This document shows, in pieces, positions 9,301-16,912 of a stretch of 52,197 nt of DNA; position 1 is the stretch's first letter, and every line of letters begins with the position of its first letter. Source of the DNA: Thermoanaerobaculia bacterium (lineage in GTDB: Bacteria; Acidobacteriota; Thermoanaerobaculia; Multivoradales; UBA5704); the NCBI GenBank assembly GCA_030150965.1, contig JASLEW010000394.1, forward strand, positions 1-52,197, read 5' to 3'. The position numbers and the translations under genes were made by a program. The notes under the pieces were generated by a model, which saw only the letters and a list, made by a program, of their open reading frames with translations, did no database searches and was not told where the DNA came from.

Positions 9301-10784
9301 AGCGCCTGATCGCCTACTGGCGGCAGCGGCTGGCCGGTGCTCCCGCTGCTCTCGACCTGCCGTTCGACCGTCCGCGTCCGCCGGTCCAGACCTACGGCGG
9401 CACCTCACAACTCCTGGAGATCGGCATCGGGGCCACGCAGGCCCTCCGTACCTTCGTCCGCGACGAGAGCGCAACCCTCTTCATGACGCTCATCGCCGCC
9501 TGGGCGACCCTCCTGCACCTGCTGAGCGACGAGGAGGACGTGATCCTGGGGACTCCCACGGCCAACCGCTCGCTCCCCGAGCTCGAGCCGCTCATCGGCT
9601 TGTTCGCCAACACCATCCCCCTGCGCGTCGATCTCTCGGGAGATCCGACGTTCCGCGAGCTCGTCGGACGGGTCCGGACCGCGGCGCTGGCCGACTTCGC
9701 CCATCAGGAGATGCCGTTCGAGAAGCTCGTCGAGGAGCTGAGGCCCGAACGCGACCTCAGCCACCATCCGATCTACCAGGTGGTCTTCGCGCTCGAGACG
9801 TCGTCCCGGCCGGACTTCCTGGACCTCTCCGGCCTGCGGATGGCGCCGCTGCCTCCGACCGAGGGGACGGCGAAGTTCGACCTCGCCCTCTACATGGACG
9901 ACCGCGGCGGCCGGCTCGCCGGTCTGTTCGAGACGAACCGCGATCTTCTCGACCGCAGCACGGCCGCGCGCTGGCTCGGACATTTCACGGCCCTCGCCGC
10001 GGCGGGGGCGGGAGATCCGGCGCGGCGCCTCTCGGAGCTGCCGCTGCTCGCGCCGGCCGAGCAGCTCGAGCTCCTCAGCCGCGCCGGTGAGCGGGTGAAG
10101 GTCCGCGGCTACAGGATCGATCCCCGGATCGTCGAGGCCTCCCTCGCCGGCCATCCGGCGGTCGCCTCCGCGGTGCTGATCCGGCGCGCCGATCCGCCCG
10201 GGGAGGAGCGGCTCGTCGCCTATGTGACGGTGCGGCCGGAGGGCTCGGCTCCCGGCGCGGGAGAGCTGCGCTCGTTTCTCGCCGGGCGCCTGCCCGAGTA
10301 CATGCTGCCCGGCGCGTTCGTCGTCCTCGCCGATCTGCCACGGACCGCCGGCGGTGAGCTCGACCTGGGCGCCCTGCCCGTGCCGCAGGAGAAGGCCGAC
10401 CTCGGCGGCGACCCCATGGCGCCGAAATCGCCGGATGACGGGGCCGACGGTGCGGGGAGGATCGTCGCCGAGATCTGGCAGGAGCTCCTGGAGGTCGAGA
10501 AGGTCGAGCTGCGCGACAACTTCTTCGCTCTCGGCGGGCACTCGCTCCTGCTTCTCCCATTGCAGGAGCGCCTGCGCGAGAGGTTCGGAGTCAGCCTGCC
10601 GGTCGTCGAGCTGTTCAAGTTCCCGACCGCGGGCGCGCTCTCCGCACACCTGGCTGCGAGGACGGCTGCGGAAGCCCCCCGTCCCCCCGAGAAGACCCTG
10701 GACCGCGTCGAGGCTGTGCGCCAGGGCCGCGAGCGGCTGAAGCGGCGCGCGGAGCGGAATGCCCGAAAGACAGGAGCGAGGTGA
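3399..10784 (+). CDS. Non-ribosomal peptide synthetase A: FAAL stub - ACP - C-A-T - C-T - C-(A C-terminal subdomain only)-T
   Basis: Domain order read from motifs. FAAL-like N-terminal stub (aa 1-45). ACP (LGLDSLAAVELK, Ser codon 3642). C (HHLVTDFWS, ~4191). A (LAYLIYTSGSTGRPKGV ~5661; NLYGPSEDTTY; YRTGDLARW; PNGKLDRRVL). T (FFALGGHSLLAL, Ser 6843). C (HHIAADEES, ~7417). T (FFSLGGHSLLAS, Ser 8541). C (FHHSIADGWS, ~9137). A8-A10 remnant (VKVRGYRIDP...LPEYMLP, ~10081-10385). T (FFALGGHSLLLL, Ser 10542). Confidence 0.9.
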   Translation: MRPNSLTEILRARGTECASRRAFLFLDNQGNEAAELSLGEMDRRFDPAAIRALVAAEAARVLGLDPGRLKPDCPLSALGLDSLAAVELKAGLEEKSGVSVSLTQLLSGASLASVAAEVLAGSAVPRQVPELEIGAPLGDHPLSAGQEALWFSDRLAPEAAAYNVATAVHVEGGLDPEALGRSLQALADRHPALRTTFFSQLGEPRQIVHQRLAVDFRVEPSGSKGSEIPLVAEAYRPFDLENESLLRVRVWPLEGGGWLLLLVVHHLVTDFWSLGLFARELAALYGEATGQGAARLAPLQLGYTDYVRWQGNLLAGEQGERLWEHWRQQLSGDLPVLELVTDRPRPAVQTYIGLSRGLRLAPELADRLRALSLASGTTLFVTLLAGFQALLGRCTGQDEVVIGSPTAGRDAAPFLGVMGYFVNPVALRLSSAGDPAWRDLLSFAKAVCLAAFEHRDLPFAILAERLHPERDPSRSPVFQTLFALHKAQRPEERSLAELAAGIGRARVTLSDLELLAVPLEECRSPFDLTLTAADAEAGLPIVLQVNRDLFDPATAERLVRALENLLYALTEDPDARVSAAEMLGDAERRQLAAWSCTTVELPRGLCLPDLFAAQAERTPEREALVAGGEHLTYRELGRRVEILGRRLRLLGVGPESRVGVSAGRSADLVVALLAVLRAGGAYVPLDPIQPTERLAWMLQDSGAKVLLVEERLAPGLLAAGVPAHCRIVLLDRVADLSRAEEGIQGRQDPILPGNLAYLIYTSGSTGRPKGVAIEHRSAVTLVQWARQVFTDAELSGVLAATSIGFDLSVFELFVPLCWGGRVILAENALALPGLPAAAEVRLVNTVPSVLAELVRGEDGLELPGSVTTINLAGEPLPRSLVRAIHEKHPAARVLNLYGPSEDTTYSTFAVVSPDGELPPAIGRPIANTQAHVLDRARRQVPAGMRGELHLGGEGLARGYHGRPDLTAERFVPDPFATGARLYRTGDLARWRPDRELEFLGRIDHQVKIRGVRIEPAEVESALLSRPGVREAVVLPQGEGSDRRLIAYVVAEAGAELEGDALRESLLGLLPRAMVPAAIMPVPGLPLTPNGKLDRRVLARLAPEPSAGAGAEPAAPRSPVEELLAGIWAEVLGVERVGAGDDFFALGGHSLLALRVQARVRERLGAELPLSVFFQHPTLAAQARRLAARKVDDRPPLRPSPRERTVFPLSFAQERVWFLERLEPGTAVYHMAGSTRLTGPLDLAALRRALCELEGRHDALRARFREVDEIPVQEIAPAELDGPELLVVCLGGLEPAVQEAEAERLTSDEAQRPFDLENGPPWRLLLLRRDRCLHELLITLHHIAADEESLVILARELGALYAGFHKGRPPRLPELPLRSVDFALWQREGLVGEVLEKRLAWWREQLADLPVIEVAADRPRTEARSSRGDVVTTVLSPALADALAALGRREGVTLFMMLLAGFQVILERIAGEPEVPVGCPVANRDREPLLSVIGFLVNTLVLRASSTAAPSFGGFLRRVREVTVETFEHGDVPFELLVQALQPERALGRNPLFEVAFALQRPPRGWQLDDLAFAPRIVPTRTAKFALTLFGIAEEGKLSLLLEYATDLFDRPTPARLLGYLETLLAAAAAEPARPLAEIPLLAPAEQQALIHRPGARLLRKVARARFPESPGGDGPRVPAAPRTPTEERLVEVWAGVLERGQVSIHDDFFSLGGHSLLASRVVARIRKSLGVDLPLSILFTCPTIARLAAEVDRARRASDAGVTEVERVPTPLACRWEDGSAPPLSFAQEQLWFIDQLEPGSPVYNLSTAVCLDGALDRNALRRALAQVVERHTVLRTTFRAFAGRPVQVVAPHFLPILHEIDLLDLAPGVRQDEAARHVAAWALAPFDLAAGPLFRAALLRLGESSHLLLVTFHHSIADGWSLRIFYEELGALYAAVHGEVPVLPALPIQYADFAAWQRERLRGGVLKRLIAYWRQRLAGAPAALDLPFDRPRPPVQTYGGTSQLLEIGIGATQALRTFVRDESATLFMTLIAAWATLLHLLSDEEDVILGTPTANRSLPELEPLIGLFANTIPLRVDLSGDPTFRELVGRVRTAALADFAHQEMPFEKLVEELRPERDLSHHPIYQVVFALETSSRPDFLDLSGLRMAPLPPTEGTAKFDLALYMDDRGGRLAGLFETNRDLLDRSTAARWLGHFTALAAAGAGDPARRLSELPLLAPAEQLELLSRAGERVKVRGYRIDPRIVEASLAGHPAVASAVLIRRADPPGEERLVAYVTVRPEGSAPGAGELRSFLAGRLPEYMLPGAFVVLADLPRTAGGELDLGALPVPQEKADLGGDPMAPKSPDDGADGAGRIVAEIWQELLEVEKVELRDNFFALGGHSLLLLPLQERLRERFGVSLPVVELFKFPTAGALSAHLAARTAAEAPRPPEKTLDRVEAVRQGRERLKRRAERNARKTGAR

Positions 10785-10799
10785 AGCAGGAGCTGATCC

Positions 10800-13700
10800 A
10801 TGGAGCAGGACATGAATGAGCCGAAGGTCGAACAGCTCGAACGGACGGACATGGAGGGGATCGCCGTCGTCGGCATCGCCGCCCGATTCCCGGGCGCACG
10901 CAACGCCGCCGAGCTGTGGCGCAACCTGCGTGACGGGATCGCATCGATCTCGTTCTTCAGCGAGGAGGAGCTGGCCGCGGCCGGAGTGGAGCCCGCGCTG
11001 CTGGCCGATCCACGCTACGTGCGGGCCAAGGGCTCCCTGGAGGACGCGGACCTCTTCGACGCAGCCCTCTTCGGCCTCACGCCGCGCGAGGCCGAAACCA
11101 TGGATCCCCAGCACCGGATCTTCCTGGAGTGCGCCTGGGAGGCGCTGGAGGATGCGGCTTGCGATCCGGAGCGCTTCGGGGGCCGCATCGGCGTCTGGGC
11201 CGGCTCGGGCTTCAGCTCCTACCTCCTCTCGAATCTCCTGCCCAACCAAGAGAGGATGGAGGGCTTCGGCGCCCTCCAGGTGGCGCTCCTCAACGACCGC
11301 GACTTCCTCGCCACGAGGGCCTCGTACCAGCTGAACCTCAAGGGACCCAGCGTGTCGGTCCAGACCGCCTGCTCGACCTCGCTGGTGGCAGCTCACATGG
11401 CCTGCCAGGGCTTGATCGGGGGCGAGTGCGACATGGCGCTCGCCGGGGGCGTCTCGATCAGCGCGCCGCTGCGCACGGGCTACCTGTACCAGGAGGGGAG
11501 CGTGCTCTCGCCGGACGGCTGCTGCCGCGCCTTCGACGCCGCCGCGGCCGGCACCGTGGAGGGGAACGGCTGCGGAGTCATCGTCCTGAAGCGGCTTGAC
11601 GACGCCCTGGCCGACGGCGACCGCATCTATGCGGTGATCCGCGGCTCGGCGGTGAACAACGACGGCTCGGCCAAGATCGGCTTCACCGCGCCCAGCGTGG
11701 AGGGGCAGGCCTCGGCCATTTCCGAGGCCCTGATGACGGCCGGGGTCGATCCCGGGACGATCGGCTACGTCGAGGCCCATGGCAGCGGCACGCCGCTCGG
11801 CGATCCCATTGAGATTGCGGCGCTCACCAAGGCTTTCCGCGCGGCGGGAGCCGAGGGCATGGGCTTCTGCGCCATCGGATCGATCAAGACCAACCTGGGC
11901 CATTGCAACACGGCAGCGGGCGTGGCCGGGCTCATCAAGGCCGTCCTGGCGCTGGCGCACGGGACTCTGCCACCCAGCCTCCACTACGAGAGCCCCAACC
12001 CGCAGATCGACTTCGCCGGCAGCCCCTTCTATATCTGCACAGAGGCGCGGCCGTGGACCACCGATGGAGGGCCGAGGCGGGCCGGCGCGAGCTCGTTCGG
12101 CCTGGGCGGGACGAACGCCCACGCCGTGCTGGAGGAAGCGCCCGAGCAGGAGCCGGGCGATCTCCCCTCCCGGCCGGCACAGCTCCTGGTTCTTTCGGCC
12201 CGCACCCCGGCGGCGCTCGACGCGGCGGCGGCCCGGCTGGCGGACCACCTGGAGGCGAATCCGGACGCCGACCTCGCCGACATCGCGTGGACCCTCCAAG
12301 TCGGGCGCAAGGAGCTCGAGCACCGCCGGATCGCCGTGGCCCGCGACCGCGAGTCCGCCAGCTCCGCGCTCAGGGACCGTGCCCCCGCCGCCGTCACCGG
12401 CAAGCAGGAGGGCGCATGGTCGAGGCCGGTGGTGTTCCTCTTCCCAGGGCTCGGCGACCAGCACGTGGACATGGCCCGGGAGCTCTATGAGACCGAGGCG
12501 CTCTTCCGCGGGCAGGTCGACCTTTGCGCCTCCAAGCTCCAGTCCTGGCTGGGCGCCGACCTGCGCGAGGTGCTCTTTTCGCCCGGCGAGTGGTCGCTGC
12601 CCGCCAAGGCAGCCCCGGACCTGCGCACCATGCTCCGCCGCTCCGCGGAGACCTCGCGCCTCCACGAGACCCTGTTCGCGCAGCCGGCCTGCTTCGTGGT
12701 CGAGTACGCCCTGGGCCGTCTGTTGATGGACTGGGGGATCGTGCCCCGGGCCCTGATCGGCTACAGCCTCGGCGAGTACGTGGCGGCATGCTTGTCGGGA
12801 GCGCTCTCCCTGGACGATGCCCTGGAGCTGGTGGCGCGGCGGGCGAAGTTGATCCAGGCCCTCCCCGGGGGAGCCATGCTTGCGGTGCCCTTGCCCGAGG
12901 AGGAGATCCGGCTGCTGCTGGGGGAGGGCCTGTCCCTCTCCGCTACCAACGGCCCGCATTTCTGTGTGGTGGGAGGGACCGGCGAGGCGGTGGATACGCT
13001 GGACCGGCAACTGGCCGGGCGCGGCGTGAGCTGCCTCCGGCTGCGCACCACGCACGCGTTCCACTCCGCGCTGATGGAGCCGGCCGTGGCTCCCTTCACC
13101 AAGATCGCGTGCAAGGTGCGCATGCAGGCGCCGGAGATCCCCTTTGTCTCCAACGTCACCGGCACCTGGATCACCGCGGACGACCTCGCCGGCCCCGCCT
13201 ACTGGGCGCGGCACCTGCGCCATCCCGTACGCTTCGCGGAGGGCATCGGCGAGCTGCTCCAGGAGCCCGAGCACGTTTTCCTGGAGGTCGGCCCGGGCGC
13301 GACCCTGGGCACGCTGGTCAAGCAGCACCCGGCTGCCGTGGCCAACCGGGTCACGGTCCCGACTCTGCGCGCCGGGGGCTCCGATCTGGAGACCCTGCTG
13401 GAGGCCGTGGGCCGGCTGTGGATCGCGGGGACCCACGTGGACTGGGCCCGCTTTCACGGCGGCGAGCGCCGCCTCAAGGCGCGGCTGCCGACCTATCCCT
13501 TCGAGCGCCAGCGCCACTGGATCGATCCGTCGAAGGACTCGGCGAAACCCGCGGCGGCGGCCGGTCCCGCGGCCGGCCTCGCGGACTGGTTCTGGGTCCC
13601 AGCCTGGAAGCAGGTGCCGCGCATGGCCGGCCTCCGGGAGGCCCTCCGCTGGCTGGTCTTTCTGGATGAAGCAGGGCTGGGAGAGAGAATCGCGGCGCGG

Positions 13701-15461
13701 CTGCGTAAGGACGGCCACCAGGTCGTTACCGCGAGGCGTGGCGCCGCCTTCGAGGAGATCGGGGAGGGTGCGTTCACGATCCATCCCGCCCGCCGGCAGG
13801 ACTACGACGCGCTGCTCCGTGGCAGGCCGCCCGGGAAGATCCTCCACCTCTGGGGGATCACGTCCGCGGAGCCCTCCTTCGCGGCGGCGCAGACGGCGGG
13901 GCTCGTCAGCCTGACGCTGTTGACGCAGGCCCTCTCGGTCGTCGAGAGCGATGCTCAGATCCGGCTCACCGTCGCGACCAACGGTCTCCACGAGCTGGTG
14001 GACGGCGATCCGATCCATCCCGGCAAGGGCACGCTTCTCGGAGCCCTGAAAGTGTTCCACCAGGAGCTGCCGCGCCTGACCTGCTCCAGTGTCGACGTCG
14101 CGCTCTCCGCAGTCGCGGAAGACCGCCTCGTGGAACAGCTCCTGGCCGAGAGTTCCGGTCCGGCGGAGACGGTCGTGGCCCTGCGGGGCCGCCAGCGTTG
14201 GGTCCGTGGCTTCGAGCCGATGCGTCTCGCCGAGGAGGGGTCGAGGCTCGCCGAGGAGGGTGTCTACCTGATCGCCGGTGCCGCGCATGGTCCCGGCATG
14301 GCGATGGCCGAGCATCTGGTGCGCTCGGGAGCCCGGGTCGGGCTGGTCCTGCCGCCGCAGCTACCGGCACGGGAGCAGTGGGAGACCTGGAAGGAGCTGC
14401 CTGAGCTGCCGGGAGGGCAGGACGTGATCGGTGCCGTCATCCTGCGGCTCCTGGCGATCGAGCGTGAGGTGGGGCTCGACCGGGTCCTGATCCTGCGCTC
14501 GGACCCGGGAGCGGCCCTCACCGAGACCCGCGCCCGCTTCGGCCCGATTCATGGCGTCTTCTTCACCGGCGGCATCTTCGCCGGCGGCCTGATCCAGCTC
14601 AAGGCTCCGGAGGCCCTGCAGACAGCCCTGGCGCCGCTGGCCCGGGAGGCCGAGGCGCTCCTCGATGCCGTGGACGCCGAGCCCGAGCCGCCTTCCTTCG
14701 TCATGCTGTCTTCCACCGTGATCGCCGTCACGGGCGGCCTGGGCCAGCTCGAGGTTGCCGCAGCCGGTGGGTTCCTGGAGGCGCTCGCCGCGCGGCGTCA
14801 TGCGGAGGGGAAGCCATTCACCGTGGCTGCGCACTGGGATGCTTATCAGTGGGGTGGCTGGCTCGTGACCGGGGTGGCCGGCGCCATGTCCGGCTTCACT
14901 CCGGAAGCGGTGCAGGCGAATCTGGCGACGTACGGCATCTCGGAGAATCAGAGCGCCGGCGCGATGCGGCGGCTCTTGGCGAGCTCCCTGCCCCGGGTGA
15001 TTGTCTCCGCCCAGGACCTCCCCCGTCTGATGGCAGCCGCGGACAGCGTCACCGCGGACACCCTGCTGGCCCAGATGGCGCCGGCCCGCCACGGAGAAAG
15101 GGCGCAGCGGCCGGGGCTCTCGACCGCCTATGAGCCGCCGCAGGACGAGCTCGAAGAGAGCCTCGCCGGCATCTGGCAGGACCTCCTCGGCATCGAGCCC
15201 ATCGGCCGGGACGACAGCTTCCTGGAGCTGGGCGGCCATTCACTCCTCGCCATCCAGACCGTCACGCAGATCCGGAGCGTTCTGAAGGTCGACCTGCCGG
15301 TGACCACGCTCTTCGAGTCACCGACGGTCACGAAGCTGGCCAAGGTTGTGCGCCGAGCTCGCGGCCAGGGTACCCCCGTGAACGTGGAGGCGCTGCTCGC
15401 CCTGGTCGAGGGGCTCTCCCCCGCCGAAGCCGCGCAGAAGCTCGCGGAGCTGGGGGGCTGA
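10800..15461 (+). CDS. Type I polyketide synthase module: KS - AT (malonyl-type) - KR-like (probably inactive) - carrier
   Basis: AGGAG (10788-10792) lies 7 nt before ATG 10800. KS: IAVVGIAARFPGA, TACSTSLVA (Cys codon 11370), EAHGSGTPLGDPIE, GSIKTNLGHCNTAAG. AT: FLFPGLGDQH, GYSLGE (Ser codon 12765), HAFHS. KR-like region ~13540-14900. Carrier: FLELGGHSLLAI (Ser codon 15240). Confidence 0.9.
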   Translation: MEQDMNEPKVEQLERTDMEGIAVVGIAARFPGARNAAELWRNLRDGIASISFFSEEELAAAGVEPALLADPRYVRAKGSLEDADLFDAALFGLTPREAETMDPQHRIFLECAWEALEDAACDPERFGGRIGVWAGSGFSSYLLSNLLPNQERMEGFGALQVALLNDRDFLATRASYQLNLKGPSVSVQTACSTSLVAAHMACQGLIGGECDMALAGGVSISAPLRTGYLYQEGSVLSPDGCCRAFDAAAAGTVEGNGCGVIVLKRLDDALADGDRIYAVIRGSAVNNDGSAKIGFTAPSVEGQASAISEALMTAGVDPGTIGYVEAHGSGTPLGDPIEIAALTKAFRAAGAEGMGFCAIGSIKTNLGHCNTAAGVAGLIKAVLALAHGTLPPSLHYESPNPQIDFAGSPFYICTEARPWTTDGGPRRAGASSFGLGGTNAHAVLEEAPEQEPGDLPSRPAQLLVLSARTPAALDAAAARLADHLEANPDADLADIAWTLQVGRKELEHRRIAVARDRESASSALRDRAPAAVTGKQEGAWSRPVVFLFPGLGDQHVDMARELYETEALFRGQVDLCASKLQSWLGADLREVLFSPGEWSLPAKAAPDLRTMLRRSAETSRLHETLFAQPACFVVEYALGRLLMDWGIVPRALIGYSLGEYVAACLSGALSLDDALELVARRAKLIQALPGGAMLAVPLPEEEIRLLLGEGLSLSATNGPHFCVVGGTGEAVDTLDRQLAGRGVSCLRLRTTHAFHSALMEPAVAPFTKIACKVRMQAPEIPFVSNVTGTWITADDLAGPAYWARHLRHPVRFAEGIGELLQEPEHVFLEVGPGATLGTLVKQHPAAVANRVTVPTLRAGGSDLETLLEAVGRLWIAGTHVDWARFHGGERRLKARLPTYPFERQRHWIDPSKDSAKPAAAAGPAAGLADWFWVPAWKQVPRMAGLREALRWLVFLDEAGLGERIAARLRKDGHQVVTARRGAAFEEIGEGAFTIHPARRQDYDALLRGRPPGKILHLWGITSAEPSFAAAQTAGLVSLTLLTQALSVVESDAQIRLTVATNGLHELVDGDPIHPGKGTLLGALKVFHQELPRLTCSSVDVALSAVAEDRLVEQLLAESSGPAETVVALRGRQRWVRGFEPMRLAEEGSRLAEEGVYLIAGAAHGPGMAMAEHLVRSGARVGLVLPPQLPAREQWETWKELPELPGGQDVIGAVILRLLAIEREVGLDRVLILRSDPGAALTETRARFGPIHGVFFTGGIFAGGLIQLKAPEALQTALAPLAREAEALLDAVDAEPEPPSFVMLSSTVIAVTGGLGQLEVAAAGGFLEALAARRHAEGKPFTVAAHWDAYQWGGWLVTGVAGAMSGFTPEAVQANLATYGISENQSAGAMRRLLASSLPRVIVSAQDLPRLMAAADSVTADTLLAQMAPARHGERAQRPGLSTAYEPPQDELEESLAGIWQDLLGIEPIGRDDSFLELGGHSLLAIQTVTQIRSVLKVDLPVTTLFESPTVTKLAKVVRRARGQGTPVNVEALLALVEGLSPAEAAQKLAELGG

Positions 15462-16912
15462 TGAGCGTCGCCGACCGCCTGTCCTCCTTGAGCCGGGAGC
15501 AGCGGGCCCTGTTCGAGCGGCTGCTGCAGCAGCAGAGCCGCCCGGTGGCCCGAACTCCGCCGCCGGTACGTTCGGTCTCCGGCCCGTCCGGCGTCGGCGA
15601 CTGGCCTCTCTCCTTCGACCAGGAGCGAGTCCTGCAGCTCCACCGGGACCATCCCGGTCTGGTCGCCTGGAACGTGGATGTGGGCAGCCACGTCATGGGC
15701 GAGCTGGATGTCCCTCTGTTCCTGGCCGCCTGCCGCGAGCTCGTCCGCCGGCACGCGGCTTGGCGCACCACGTTTCCGGTCGTGGATGGCCGTCCCGTGC
15801 AGCGGGTCCATCCCTGGGTGGAGCCCGGGACCTGCGTGATCGACCTGAGCGAGTTGCCGGCGGCGAGGAAGGAGGAGACCGGGCACGCGGCCCTCTACGA
15901 GCACACGCGAAACCCGTTCGACCTGGAGGTGGGACCGCTTCTGCGCATCGCGCTGGTGCGGCTCGCCCGGCGGGAGCATCTGTATCAGGTGACGATCCAT
16001 CACACGGTCACGGACTGGATCGCCTATCAGATCTTCTTCCAGGAGCTGCTCGCCCTGTACGAGGCGTTCCGCGCCGGCCGTCCCTCGCCGCTGCCGCCGC
16101 CGCCCGTGCAGTTCCCCGACTTTGCCGTGTGGGAGCGGGAGTGGCTCCAGGGGGAGGTGCTGGACGAAGAGGCCCGCTTCTGGCGCCGGGAGCTGGAGGG
16201 CTTCCCCCTGGTGCTGGACCTGCCGGCGAGCCGCCCCCGTCCGCCGGTGCAGAGCCAGCGGGGTGGGCTCCTGCGCATCGCGGCCGGGTCCGGGCGCACG
16301 GACCGCCTGCGAGCTCTGGCGCAGAAGGAGGGGGGCACCATGTTCATGGCGGTGCTGGCCGTCCTCAACGCGCTCGTGCGGGACCTCACCGGGCGGGACA
16401 GAATCGTGATCGGCTCGAACAGCGCCAACCGGCCCCGGCCGGAGCTGGCGGGGGTGGCCGGCTTCTTCCTCACCCAGGTGCCCTTCGCGACGGAGGTGTC
16501 GGGAGATCCCACGTTCCGCGAGCTGCTCGCCCGCACGAGGCGAACGGCCCTGGCGGCCTATGCTCACCAGAACCTGCCGTTCACCAAGCTGATCGAAGCG
16601 CTTGGGCTGGAGCCCGACCCGAGCCGTTACCCGGTCGTGCAGGTCCTCCTTCTGGTCCTGGAGGGGCAGAGTCGGGGTCGGTCCGGGAACCTGGAGTTCC
16701 GGCCGGTGTGGATCTCCGACGGCAACTCCCGCTGGGACCTCGCGATCGTCCTCTACGACTACCACGACGTCGGCCTCACCGGCGCCCTGGAGTACAACGC
16801 GGACATCTTCGATGCCCGGGACGCCGAGCGGCTGGTCGGTCGGTTTCTCTCGATCCTCGATGCCGTGGCCGCCGACCCCGACGTCCACCTGTCCGGTCTG
16901 GAGCCCGGATGA
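15461..16912 (+). CDS. Free-standing NRPS condensation-domain protein
   Basis: 483 aa. WPLSFDQERVLQLH at the N-terminus, active-site-type IHHTVTDWIAY, and a later C-domain block GSNSANRPRPELAGVAGFFLTQVPF. The start overlaps the PKS stop by 1 nt (TGATG), and its stop overlaps the next start (ATGA). Confidence 0.8.
   Translation: MSVADRLSSLSREQRALFERLLQQQSRPVARTPPPVRSVSGPSGVGDWPLSFDQERVLQLHRDHPGLVAWNVDVGSHVMGELDVPLFLAACRELVRRHAAWRTTFPVVDGRPVQRVHPWVEPGTCVIDLSELPAARKEETGHAALYEHTRNPFDLEVGPLLRIALVRLARREHLYQVTIHHTVTDWIAYQIFFQELLALYEAFRAGRPSPLPPPPVQFPDFAVWEREWLQGEVLDEEARFWRRELEGFPLVLDLPASRPRPPVQSQRGGLLRIAAGSGRTDRLRALAQKEGGTMFMAVLAVLNALVRDLTGRDRIVIGSNSANRPRPELAGVAGFFLTQVPFATEVSGDPTFRELLARTRRTALAAYAHQNLPFTKLIEALGLEPDPSRYPVVQVLLLVLEGQSRGRSGNLEFRPVWISDGNSRWDLAIVLYDYHDVGLTGALEYNADIFDARDAERLVGRFLSILDAVAADPDVHLSGLEPG

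Noticed and set aside
9405-14315. 1636-aa ORF on the minus strand, antisense to NRPS-A/PKS
   Set aside because: The Arg/Gly/Pro/Ala-dominated translation has no recognisable motifs. It lies fully antisense to genes with dense NRPS/PKS motifs. This is the classic stop-codon-poor artefact of very GC-rich DNA.
15760-16908. Upstream 383-codon extension of the NRPS-B ORF in the track
   Set aside because: It overlaps the well-supported free-standing C-domain gene in another frame, and its translation is Arg/Gly/Pro-rich. The NRPS sequence proper begins at ATG 16909 with the typical MS..V.DRL..L.PEQRALFERLL coupling-region sequence and an ATGA overlap.
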